Source: Chloroflexia bacterium (GTDB lineage Bacteria > Chloroflexota > Chloroflexia > QHBQ01 > JADMIH01). From it: a stretch of DNA of 37,219 nt. The stretch lies in assembly GCA_038246925.1 (NCBI GenBank), contig JBBRVL010000003.1:1-37219 (forward strand), read 5' to 3'. Positions within the stretch are counted from its first letter, which is position 1. The number at the start of each line of letters is the position of its first letter. Below, piece by piece: positions 17,491 to 26,597 of the stretch. Both the position numbers and the translations under genes were made by a program. Under the pieces are notes generated by a model that ran no database searches, was not told where the DNA came from, and was given only the letters and a program-made list of their open reading frames with translations.

Positions 17491-18468
17491 ATGTTAGAGA
17501 TAAAGATGGCAAAAGAGATGGGTATGTGCTTCGGCGTGCGCGATACCCTCAAATTGATTGACGAAGCGGGCCAGAGCAGGAAGCGTATCGATACTCTCGG
17601 CACGCTGGTGCATAACCCGCAGCTTGTGGACAGGCTTAATGCCCAGGGCGTGCGTGTGGTTGGCGGTCTCGATGTAGTAGATGCGCCTACCGTAGCTGTT
17701 ACTGCCCACGGTGCGGCCCCGGAAGTCTATAAGCGAGTCGCGGCGTCGGGCCTCGAACTGATAGATACCACCTGCCCCTTGGTTACCCGTGTGCAGCAGC
17801 TTGCGAAGACGCTGATGGAGCAGGGCCACTGGGTAATAGTGTACGGCGATGAGCCTCACCCGGAGGTGCAGGGCATCCTCGGCTGGGCCAATTCAGTTTT
17901 CGATGAGGTCACGGAAGGTTCTGGTGAGGAAGAGGGCGACAAGCCGAAGAGCAAGATCAAGAGCTACAGTGCCCGTCGCGCTATCTGCGCCAAGAGCGTT
18001 GAGGAGATAGACGCCCATCTGACCGCATCAGGCACCCCCGCCGCCAAGATACGTCGTATTGCCCTTATCTCGCAGACCACCCAGAACACCGAGTGGTACA
18101 AGGGCTTCGTGCGAGAGGTGATAGACCGCTTCCTGGAGCATGGCTGCGAGGTACACGCCCACAATACGGTCTGCCTGCCGACTGCCAAGCGCCAGCCTGC
18201 CGCCGTAGACCTCGCCAAAGAAGTAGACGTGATGGTGGTAGTCGGCGGCTACGAGTCGGCCAACACTCGCCACCTGCGCGACATCGCTTCTGAGTTCTGC
18301 CCCGCCTACCACATAGAACGCCCTGAGCAACTAGAGGAAGCATGGTTTGAGGGCGTGAAGACGGTAGGCGTCACAGCGGGCGCCTCTACGCCGGATTACG
18401 TTATCAAGGAAGTAGTAGATGCATTAGAGGAATTAAACGAGAGGATGCCAGTAGGCGTAACTGCATAG
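17491..18468 (+). CDS. ispH: 4-hydroxy-3-methylbut-2-enyl diphosphate reductase
   Basis: GMCFGV, VHNP, TAHG, DTTCPLV, HPEVQG, SQTT, NTVC-x-PT-x-x-RQ, SANT, GVTAGASTP: all three Fe-S Cys present. Confidence 0.97.
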   Translation: MLEIKMAKEMGMCFGVRDTLKLIDEAGQSRKRIDTLGTLVHNPQLVDRLNAQGVRVVGGLDVVDAPTVAVTAHGAAPEVYKRVAASGLELIDTTCPLVTRVQQLAKTLMEQGHWVIVYGDEPHPEVQGILGWANSVFDEVTEGSGEEEGDKPKSKIKSYSARRAICAKSVEEIDAHLTASGTPAAKIRRIALISQTTQNTEWYKGFVREVIDRFLEHGCEVHAHNTVCLPTAKRQPAAVDLAKEVDVMVVVGGYESANTRHLRDIASEFCPAYHIERPEQLEEAWFEGVKTVGVTAGASTPDYVIKEVVDALEELNERMPVGVTA

Positions 18469-18508
18469 TGCGCCAGTCGCTACTTAAAGCATACTCCAGT
18501 CAGTTACT

Positions 18509-19780
18509 TTAGCGCCTAGTCGATTTTGACTGGGCGTTCTTGTTCTTTTCGTTAATAACAATTCCTTTGTAAACAGCACTGCAAACTTGCCCACGAGTGG
18601 CTGGACTGCCGAATCCGAAGATACTATCTTCTAATGGAGAGATTATGCCGTTGTTGTAAGCTGTTTCTACATACTGAAAGAACGGATTGCTCAGAGGTAC
18701 GTCCCTGAAATGCGGACCTCCTGTGGAATTAGTCGGCCAGACTCCTGCTCGTATAATAATCTCGCACAACTGCTCTCTGGCAAGGTCATCAAAGGGCCTG
18801 AAATATGGCTTGTTGCTAGAAGGAACGCACGGTTCGCTTGGTATTGTGCCGCACGCATATCCTCGTACAATGTTACGTTCCGCTAAGCGGTTTATCCACT
18901 CGAAGAACGTGTTGCTTGGCGGAACATCTTCAAATATCTGTCCTCCGGAATCACCAGTGAATTCAAGTGTATTTGAAATTATTTTAGCAAACTGACCTCG
19001 TGTCATATTGCTTTCTGGACGAAATGTGCCGTCAGCATACCCGGTTACAGCGCCAATAGCGCAGAGATGTTGCACGGCATAATAATAGTCATCCGTGGGT
19101 GATATGTCTGAGTAGTTACAGTGAGAAGGGATAACTGTGCCCACAGCTCTTATCACGGTCGTTTGGTTAGTAGAAGAGTTCGTGCTCGAAGCTTGCTCTT
19201 CACTCGATCTGTCCGATAAGCCAGTGCTTTCGAAATCCTCCTGATGTTTGAGCAATGGCATCGGTCGTAACTGACCTAAGGCTGGTATTTGTACTTGCGG
19301 CTGGTTGGTTAAACGTCGATAAAGTTTCTCATATCCCTCTTCGCTGTACAGCATATATCTGGTCACGCTTTTCAGAACGCCGGGGATCGTATTGGCATCT
19401 TCTGGTGCAAACAGTAATGGTATGAACTTACTGTTGTTACCTTGTGCATCATAAATATCCTGTGTTATCACTGCACCTTCCCAAGTTGCTCCCAAACCCT
19501 TCCCTGAGGTTTCTTCCCCTAAGAATCTCCGCTCGTAATCTGCTGTACATATTACCAGAACAAATTTCGCTCTTTTGATCTGAGCCGCCATCCAACGTGG
19601 CCACCCTTCAGGAGGACCTGCTTCTTCGTACCGATCAATAAAGCAGTCGACTCCCTCTTTGCGTAACTTATCCGAAAGTTTCAAGACACGATCCATATGC
19701 ACTTTGGAGTCATGACTGTAGCTTATGAAGACTCGTGGGTGTTCGACTTCAGATTGAGACATCTCTACTCTCGCTGGCAT
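18509..19780 (-). CDS. SEFIR/TIR domain protein fused to three SLH domains; no signal peptide or TM
   Basis: RVFISYSHDS...V-x-x-L-x-x-x-LRKEGVDCFIDRY...PPEGWPRWM...FVLVICT...GLGATWEG (SEFIR), a Ser/Thr linker, then GAVTGYADGTFRPESNMTRGQ, FEDVPPSNTFFEWI and FRDVP...ATRGQ (SLH). Confidence 0.88.
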   Translation of the reverse strand: MPARVEMSQSEVEHPRVFISYSHDSKVHMDRVLKLSDKLRKEGVDCFIDRYEEAGPPEGWPRWMAAQIKRAKFVLVICTADYERRFLGEETSGKGLGATWEGAVITQDIYDAQGNNSKFIPLLFAPEDANTIPGVLKSVTRYMLYSEEGYEKLYRRLTNQPQVQIPALGQLRPMPLLKHQEDFESTGLSDRSSEEQASSTNSSTNQTTVIRAVGTVIPSHCNYSDISPTDDYYYAVQHLCAIGAVTGYADGTFRPESNMTRGQFAKIISNTLEFTGDSGGQIFEDVPPSNTFFEWINRLAERNIVRGYACGTIPSEPCVPSSNKPYFRPFDDLAREQLCEIIIRAGVWPTNSTGGPHFRDVPLSNPFFQYVETAYNNGIISPLEDSIFGFGSPATRGQVCSAVYKGIVINEKNKNAQSKSTRR

Positions 19781-19825
19781 TCTAGCTCTCCAATCATTAG
19801 TACCCTGCTAGATCGACGAGGGGTA

Positions 19826-20560
19826 TTACCTTCCTAGAAAATTACCCCTAGTTGTAGCATACAGTGCTATCCCCACAGCAAGCGGCAGGCTGAGCGAATC
19901 GATGGCACTGCTGTGGCGTATCGTGAGGCTTGTTCCCAACTCTGAGTACTCGGTGGGCAGACCTGACGACTCATTACCGAAGATTAGGCTGTAGGGATGC
20001 TCGAATTTGACTTCATCGAGCGTACTGGTGCCGCCTGTCATGAAGGGGTAGAGGTTGTGGTGTGTGTATCCTGACCTGTATTCGTCGAAGGTATTGAAGT
20101 AGTGGAAGCGCAGTTTGAAGATCGCCCCCATCGAGGCACGTACCACGCGGGGGTCGAATATGTCGGCGGCGGGCTTGACGAGCGCGAGGTCTGCCATGCC
20201 GAAGCCGAGCATGGTACGCGCTATCGTGCCGAGGTTGCCCATGTCGGATGGATTCACCAACACCACATAGTTAGTGTCGGCGTCTAGCTCCTGGGTGTAT
20301 TTGCGGAAGATGCCAATAGCGTAGTGGTTCTCTTTGGCCGAGATGCGCTCGATCAGCCTGTCATTGACTTCGGTGGCTATCTGCCTGCGCCTGCATATTT
20401 CTTCCAGCTTGCGCACGCCTTCGTTCTTGCCCCCGCGTGAGCTTACCAGCACCCGAACTACTTGCTCGGGCCTGGCTTGTAGTAACTCCAGGGTGGAGAA
20501 TACCCCAAACGAGTATGAGTGTCCGTATTCCTTCTTGTACTTCTTGAGCTCGATGTTCAT
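19826..20560 (-). CDS. TrmH/SpoU family RNA 2'-O-methyltransferase
   Basis: PSDMGNLGTIART...G, DPRVVRASMGAIF, LIFGNESSGL, DSLSL-x-x-A-x-GIALY. Start taken at ATG 20560 (MNIELKKY). Confidence 0.92.
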   Translation of the reverse strand: MNIELKKYKKEYGHSYSFGVFSTLELLQARPEQVVRVLVSSRGGKNEGVRKLEEICRRRQIATEVNDRLIERISAKENHYAIGIFRKYTQELDADTNYVVLVNPSDMGNLGTIARTMLGFGMADLALVKPAADIFDPRVVRASMGAIFKLRFHYFNTFDEYRSGYTHHNLYPFMTGGTSTLDEVKFEHPYSLIFGNESSGLPTEYSELGTSLTIRHSSAIDSLSLPLAVGIALYATTRGNFLGR

Positions 20561-20580
20561 AGTGATGCGCTCCGGCGCGC

Positions 20581-20610
20581 ATTGTCGCACAAGGCAAGGA
20601 AGGGTGTCAA
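20581..20610 (-). promoter_or_regulatory. Sigma70-type promoter for the TrmH gene
   Basis: TTGACA-N18-GACAAT, 20 nt upstream of ATG 20560. Confidence 0.5.
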
Positions 20611-20622
20611 ACGGTTTTGCAT

Positions 20623-20746
20623 TTCACCGCAGAGACGCAGAGGGCGCGGAGATTCCTTGTTGGGAAATTCCAAAGACGGGGCTATACCATTACTGAACTA
20701 CAAACCACTCATGGTAACTCTGCGCTCTCTGCGTCTCTGCGGTGAA
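20623..20746. repeat. 29-bp inverted repeat element (TTCACCGCAGAGACGCAGAG family)
   Basis: Arms 20623-20651 and 20718-20746 (2 mismatches) around a 66-bp spacer. Confidence 0.85.
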
Positions 20747-20766
20747 TAGATATTGTATAATCTACT

Positions 20767-22212
20767 ATGACCTCTGCACTCCGCGTCGAGGAGGCCGAAG
20801 AGAGTCCTCATGCTCCCACGGCCCCGCAAGACGCTTCCTCACAGGCACGCGGAGTCTCCTACCTCTCCCTCCTGCTCTTCTATTTACCTCTCGCCTTCAG
20901 TGGGCTGATGATGACGCTCGACCTCCCCATCGTGAACGGCGTGCTCAACCGCTTCCCTAATCCTGATAATTCAGTGGCGGCTTTGCGCGTGGCCTTCTCG
21001 ATGGCGTTGGTCTACGAGGCGTCCCATATTGCGATGATCGATATTTCGACTGCGCTGTCGTCCGACCTGACTGTGTTCAAAATGCTGAGGCGTTTCTATC
21101 TGATTATGGCGGGCGTGCTGCTTGTGCTGGCGTCCGTTATCGCCTTCTCCCCAATATATGACTTCATAGTGCGCGGCATAATGAACATCCCGCCGAGCGT
21201 GGCCGAATCTGCCAGACCTGCACTATGGGCGTTCCTTCTGTGGCCGATACCGATAGGCTGGCGGCGGCTCTACCAGGGCGCGCTAATCAAGCACGGCCAC
21301 CCCAAGGTAGTCGGTGCGGGCGGTCTGGTGCGCATGGGGTCGCTTATTGTGGCGCTTATTTTCTTCGGTTGGCTTGGCACGAGCGTCATTTACATAGAGC
21401 CTGCCGCCATAGCTGTGCTGGCGATGCTGGTGAGCGTGACCGCAGAGGCAGCCGCCGTGCATGGCTGGACAGGCCGGGTATTGAGGGCAATGCCCGAGTC
21501 CACACCGGGCAAAGCGCCTCCCACCTATGGCGACATACGCCGCTTCTTCTTCCCGCTTGCGGGCACCGCCGTGATGAGCACAATGATGCAGCCAATAGTA
21601 ACGGCGGGTATCGCATCGGCTGCGGTGGCATGGGCATCCCCCACCGGCAGCGTGGTGGCGGTCGCAAGCTATGCTATCGCCTGGAGCATGGCTTTCCTCG
21701 TCTTTGGCCCGACCTTGAGCATGACCCAGGCGTCTATTGCCTGGAACAGCAGCGCCGACCCGGAAACGAGGGAGAAAGGGCCTCGGGTTTTGATTGGCTT
21801 CGGCATCGGGCTGGCGGCGCTGATGGCACTTGCGACATTCACGCCGTTCTCGCACTGGCTCTTCACCACTATCATTCAGGCACCCCCACTCACCGCCGTC
21901 AGCGCCGTGGATGTGGCACACTGGCTCGTACCAATGCCGATCCTGCACACCTTTTCGTTCATGTTGCGTGGCAAACTGATCGCAAAGGGCAACCCCAAAG
22001 CAATAAGGCGCGCTCAACTTGTGGACCTGATAGCTATATTCGCCATAATCCAACTGGCAACGAACGGCCCACTGGTACCCCTGCTGCATGGCGCGCCCGC
22101 TGCTCCCCTGGCTGCTGTTGCTTACAACGCGATGCTCATAGTTGACATAATCATATTAGTTGTCAGTCTACGTGGGCTATCTGGCCGCACAGGGAACCTC
22201 ATCATTCCTTAA
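20767..22212 (+). CDS. MOP/MATE-superfamily polytopic transporter, ANKH-like
   Basis: About 12 TMs in two repeats (FYLPLAFSGLMM... and FFFPLAGTAVMS...); IAFSPIYDFIV...ARPALWAFLLWP...YQGALIKHG. TATAAT 5 nt upstream of the ATG. Confidence 0.72.
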   Translation: MTSALRVEEAEESPHAPTAPQDASSQARGVSYLSLLLFYLPLAFSGLMMTLDLPIVNGVLNRFPNPDNSVAALRVAFSMALVYEASHIAMIDISTALSSDLTVFKMLRRFYLIMAGVLLVLASVIAFSPIYDFIVRGIMNIPPSVAESARPALWAFLLWPIPIGWRRLYQGALIKHGHPKVVGAGGLVRMGSLIVALIFFGWLGTSVIYIEPAAIAVLAMLVSVTAEAAAVHGWTGRVLRAMPESTPGKAPPTYGDIRRFFFPLAGTAVMSTMMQPIVTAGIASAAVAWASPTGSVVAVASYAIAWSMAFLVFGPTLSMTQASIAWNSSADPETREKGPRVLIGFGIGLAALMALATFTPFSHWLFTTIIQAPPLTAVSAVDVAHWLVPMPILHTFSFMLRGKLIAKGNPKAIRRAQLVDLIAIFAIIQLATNGPLVPLLHGAPAAPLAAVAYNAMLIVDIIILVVSLRGLSGRTGNLIIP

Positions 22213-22400
22213 CAATCTCCTGTCCTTCTCTTAATTCTTCCGTTTTATACTGGTATTGTGATGAAATAGCCTGGACACTGCGTGAGCGGTGCGCAGGTGC
22301 ACTGAGATCGCCTTGGTCTCCCTTTCACACGATACTAGTAAACTTGTGCCTGGACTCTGCTCTTCGGAGTAGAAACAGTAATCAACTACGGAAGCAGAAG

Positions 22401-23814
22401 ATGACCATGAAGTCAGGAACAAAACCGAGAAAACCGTTGGTATCCAGGGACCGCCTGCGGGCGCACCTGGCGCTGGCGGCAGGCACGATTGCCGGTTGCG
22501 AGCTGGCCTTTATCTACGACCCTTCGGCTGTTTTTGCCGAGCCTCTCTCGGTGGGGCTGGGGTACGTTTCGCTCGTTTACCTGGTAGCGAGCTTGTTGAT
22601 CGGTCCCCTCTACCTGGCCCGCCAGCGGCGCAATCCGGTGAACCTCTATCTCAGGCGTGATGTTGGTATCTGGGCCGGTGTCACCGCCCTACTACACGTC
22701 TTCTTCAGCTTTCAAATCTACGCTCAGGGCCAGTTACTAGTTACTTCTCTATTTCTTCCAACAGGTCGGGGACCGCTACCTGCCGCAGTTGGACCTCTTC
22801 GGCTTGAGTAACTATGTTGGACTGCTGGCAACGATTATTATCTCTGTGCTGCTCGTGCTCTCGAACGATCGCTCGTTGCGTTGGCTAAAAGGGAAGAAGT
22901 GGAAGCGCGTTCAGCAGTGGACGTACCCGCTTATCGTGTTGACAATCATCCACACTCTCGGTTATCAACTCTATAACGAGCGGGACGGCCTCTTACTGGG
23001 CGCTCTGGCGACTCTTACTTTGATCGTGGTTATGGTCCAGGGGGCCGGCGTAATCGTCCACAGGCGTCGAGAGAGTATGCGTGTCCCGGCACCGGCGCGC
23101 CCCAGGGCGGCTGGGGAAGTGACACCGACACTGGTCCCCTGGCAGCCATCGACTGAAGATAGCTCGCCTGGCACTCTGTCACGCCGCCGCTTCCTGGTAC
23201 TTGGGGGAGCTACCCTACTAGCCGGGATCGCGGCCATCTCGTTTAAGGTCACAGAGGAGGTAATGGGGTCAACCGGCAGCGGTCCCGCTCCTTACAGGCC
23301 CCAGGCCAACAACCTGCCCGCAGCCGATAATACCGCCGTCCCCTCTCCCACAGCAGTGGCAGTAGACGACAAGCCGGCCGCGCCCCAGCCCACGGCACCC
23401 TCCTCAGATGATAACGCGAATAATGGCGCTAATACTCCGTCGCCGACCTCGCCTGCTGTAGCCGAGAACTCCCCTGCCCCGGCCGATCCTGGCACGGAGG
23501 CGAATAGCGGTGTTGTTTTGACCACCCTGGCCGCCTGTCCAGCGAACAGCGCCGTTACTTTCATTGCTCCTGACACGGGCGAGCCCGGCATCCTGGTTCA
23601 TGAGGCCGACGGTACGGTCAATGCCTTCAGTAATAACTGTACGCACAAGCCTTATCCATTGCAGTACGATGCGAACTCCCAGCTTCTGGTCTGTCCATTG
23701 CATTGGGCCTGCTTCAATGCCAAGTCAGGGAGGGTCACACAAGGTCCGGCGCGTCGTGCGCTGGCATCCATGCCTGTTCATGTCGATAGCCAGGGCAACG
23801 TCATCTACGGCTAA
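22401..23814 (+). pseudogene. MsrQ/ferric-reductase-like heme membrane domain + internal twin-arginine TM + Rieske [2Fe-2S] domain, frameshifted at 22732-22745
   Basis: Track ORFs 22344..22811 and 22789..23814 join when one copy of AGTTACT-AGTTACT is removed (...IYAQGQLLLYFFQQVGDRYLPQLDLFG...). Motifs LRRDVGIW...LLH, LSND...KKWK...IIH, SRRRFL, CTHKP...CPLH. Confidence 0.8.
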
Positions 23815-23953
23815 AGCTTACTGTGGAACTATTTGCGCTGGATAGACCCGCAATGTATCCTGAGCACGACCCTGCTGCTTCTCACACGTTATAGATTCAG
23901 ACTTACGGTCGCATCGTTCCACATTTGCGGCATACCCCTAGGAGGCTCCCCCT

Positions 23954-25471
23954 TTGAAATTGCGTGTTCCCGCTAATAAAGCGAGCCAGTTTGCAAGAAT
24001 CTCGGCTCTGCTTTCTCTTCTCTTTCTGGCCTTACCTATCTTCGCCTCGGCAGCACCGGCCGCGCAGCCTAAGCCTATACCCGACAACCCGTTCGGTGTG
24101 AACCTCTTCCTGCATAAAGAAGTCGAGCCGTGGAAGCTGGAAGAGACGTTACGCCTGGTCGCGGAAGCCAATATCGCGTGGGTGAAGCAGGAGTTCCCCT
24201 GGCAGGAAATTGAGTTCAAGAAGGGGTACTTTTACGACGACAAGTGGCAAAAGTCTTCCTGGGAGAAGTTCGACCGCATGGTAGACCTGGCCGAAAAATA
24301 CCACATAAACGTCATCGCCCGTGTAGATCATGCGCCTGGCTGGGCAAAGGCTGAGGCCGGTGGTAGCTCGCCTATCAAGAGCAACGCAGACCTTGCAGAC
24401 TTCGTGAACGCGCTGCTCGACCATTACAAAGGGCGCATCAAGTATGTCCAGATATGGAACGAGCCGAACCTGACGGGCGAGTGGGTCCCCGGTAAGGCTG
24501 TGGACCCGAAGGCATACGTCGATATGCTCAAAGCAGTCTACCCGGCGGTGAAAGCGGCGCACCCGAACGCCGTGCTGCTGACCGCGCCGATGGCGATGAC
24601 GACCGAGACGACGGCCTCTCGCGGCAACATGAACGAGATAGATTACTGGAACCAGATGTATGCCGCCGGGGTGAAAGGCAACTTCGATGTCGCTTCGGCA
24701 AATGCTTACGGTCTCGACCAGCCGCCGGAGGCACCACCCAGTCCAAGCGTGCTAAACTTCCGCCGAGTCGAGTTATTGCGCGACATCATGGTGAAGAACG
24801 GCGACACGGGCCGCCCTATATGGTTCGATGAGTTCGGTTGGAATGCCTCGCCCGACAGCCTACCCGAAGCCGAACGTAACTACTGGCGGCATGTCACCCC
24901 ACAGCAGCAAGCCGACTGGACGGTGGCCGGGGTGGAATACGCTCGGAAGAACTGGCCGTGGGCAGGGGTGGTCGCTATCTGGTATTTCAGGCAGGTCGGT
25001 GACATACCTCCCGAGAAGGCGGAGTATTACTTCGGTATGCTAAATCCCGATTTCGGTCCGCAGCCGGTCTATAACGCGGTCAAGGCGGCAGCCTCGAAGT
25101 ATCCCGGCCCCGTCAGCCAGCCAGCAGGCACACCCGTCAACCCTGCGCCTACCCGCACGAAGGCAGCGATACCCCCGACTATGCCTCCAAGCCCGACACT
25201 TGTACCGCCAACCTCCACAACAGCTCCCGCCGCAGCGACTCCCACCCTTGCGCAAGTAAGCCCCACTGCGGTCAGCCCTACTGTTTCCCCTACCAGGGAA
25301 ACAACACCTTCCCCACAGGTGACTTCTCCCGCGCCTACTTCTACGCCGCTAGCCTCCACAGCCGGAGCAAGCAACTCCAACCTGCTCCTCTACTTACTAG
25401 GCGGAACGCTGGTAATAGCGGGCTTGGGTGGCCTCGGCTATTACTACATGAGGGGAAGAAGCAGTATGTAA
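23954..25471 (+). CDS. Secreted clan GH-A glycoside hydrolase (GH5/GH39-like) with Pro/Thr linker and C-terminal TM anchor
   Basis: GGAGG RBS + TTG; signal peptide; WVKQEFPWQEIE, QIWNEPNL (acid/base), IWFDEFGW (nucleophile); C-terminal hydrophobic helix followed by RGR. Confidence 0.88.
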   Translation: MKLRVPANKASQFARISALLSLLFLALPIFASAAPAAQPKPIPDNPFGVNLFLHKEVEPWKLEETLRLVAEANIAWVKQEFPWQEIEFKKGYFYDDKWQKSSWEKFDRMVDLAEKYHINVIARVDHAPGWAKAEAGGSSPIKSNADLADFVNALLDHYKGRIKYVQIWNEPNLTGEWVPGKAVDPKAYVDMLKAVYPAVKAAHPNAVLLTAPMAMTTETTASRGNMNEIDYWNQMYAAGVKGNFDVASANAYGLDQPPEAPPSPSVLNFRRVELLRDIMVKNGDTGRPIWFDEFGWNASPDSLPEAERNYWRHVTPQQQADWTVAGVEYARKNWPWAGVVAIWYFRQVGDIPPEKAEYYFGMLNPDFGPQPVYNAVKAAASKYPGPVSQPAGTPVNPAPTRTKAAIPPTMPPSPTLVPPTSTTAPAAATPTLAQVSPTAVSPTVSPTRETTPSPQVTSPAPTSTPLASTAGASNSNLLLYLLGGTLVIAGLGGLGYYYMRGRSSM

Positions 25472-25496
25472 CCCTTATGAACTCACTTTATGCAGT

Positions 25497-25626
25497 GCCC
25501 GGCGAATAAATTCACGGGCTAATTGGAAGCAAAGTCCCCCTACGGGGACTGGCTTAAATATATTACCAACTCAGTCCGCGCAGGCGGACTTTGCTTCCAA
25601 TTAGCCCGTGAATTTATTCGCCGGGC
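25497..25626. repeat. 130-bp element with perfect 41-bp terminal inverted repeats and two internal hairpins (REPIN/MITE-like; may act as a bidirectional terminator)
   Basis: GCCCGGCGAATAAATTCACGGGCTAATTGGAAGCAAAGTCC at 25497-25537 and its reverse complement at 25586-25626; inner AGTCCCCCTACGGGGACT and AGTCCGCGCAGGCGGACT; lies between convergent genes. Confidence 0.9.
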
Positions 25627-25701
25627 TGGGTTTACCGATCAAGCTGCGTAACGTGAGATGGCAAGATTCCTGTTTAAGATCTTCACGATTTCCCCCTGAC
25701 G

Positions 25702-26454
25702 CTAAGGCAAGTTGAGGTGGAGTGTCTCCGGTAAATATGAAGGCCCACTCCCATAATCAACCCCTATGCGAGCACCTTCACGCAACAATGCACGGTCGAA
25801 TATGACAGTCATAACTCGGTCTCTTGCTTCGACTGCATTTCCTACGGGATTGTCATCAATCCAAATCATCCAAATGTTGTTGCCTGTCCAGAAAGGTCCC
25901 GGACCTAACACCTTAATACGCCAAAATCTATCAAATGTCCGGGTTTGCAACTGGAGATTATGCTCTGCAGGATTGGGCACTAGAACTTCCCAGGTTACTG
26001 CAGAAGTCAGGGTAACTTCTTCGACAACGTATGTAGTTATGGAAATAGGAAGAGTATCGCCTGGCACAGGCGTTGTGTTGGTTCCTTGTGCGATAACCGT
26101 CCCACGCTGGCTGTAAAAGGCGTCAGATAAATAGCGTCCCATTTCGTTCTGAGCAATTTCTGTGGGGTTAGGAGTTTCAAATGGCACATGCCCCCCCGGC
26201 GTCCATTCGGGTATTATCGTAGGAGTGATACCTGCCCGTGTGGGGGTGAGTGGTAAAGGCGTTGTGTTCGTGGGAGTAGTGCCTACCGTAGTAGAAGAAG
26301 GAGAGGGTGGCTGGGGTGTCATAGGTGTTGGCGACCCTTGCGCTTGCCCCAGGTTCGTCTTGGGAGGATTCGCCGAGAAGGAGAGTGCCACAGCTACGCC
26401 GACCAGCAACAGCAACAACATACCCATGATGGGGCTAAGCCTTGCAACATTCAT
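25702..26454 (-). CDS. Secreted/membrane-anchored hypothetical protein, paralog B
   Basis: GGAGGTG RBS, hydrophobic N-terminus, Pro/Thr linker, C-terminal beta-rich domain shared with 26598..27359. Confidence 0.85.
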   Translation of the reverse strand: MNVARLSPIMGMLLLLLVGVAVALSFSANPPKTNLGQAQGSPTPMTPQPPSPSSTTVGTTPTNTTPLPLTPTRAGITPTIIPEWTPGGHVPFETPNPTEIAQNEMGRYLSDAFYSQRGTVIAQGTNTTPVPGDTLPISITTYVVEEVTLTSAVTWEVLVPNPAEHNLQLQTRTFDRFWRIKVLGPGPFWTGNNIWMIWIDDNPVGNAVEARDRVMTVIFDRALLREGARIGVDYGSGPSYLPETLHLNLP

Positions 26455-26597
26455 ACGTCACCTCCTGAAAAGGTGTAACAACATGACAACGACCTAACAC
26501 TATCGACAGAGAATGGATGTGCTTCCAACAACAAGTCTGTCAGAAAGCAAACTGCCAAGTTTCTTTTGAGACTATTCTTCATGTTACCCTCCTGCTC

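Noticed and set aside
21225-22145. Long alternative-frame and antisense ORFs (also 830..1462, 9531..10136, 12415..12945, 21283..22089 and similar)
   Set aside because: They overlap well-supported genes, have no motifs and are expected at this GC content.
22213-22400. Possible riboswitch or two-component operator upstream of the MsrQ-Rieske gene
   Set aside because: Only short hairpins and weak TTAA-type repeats; no recognisable aptamer consensus.
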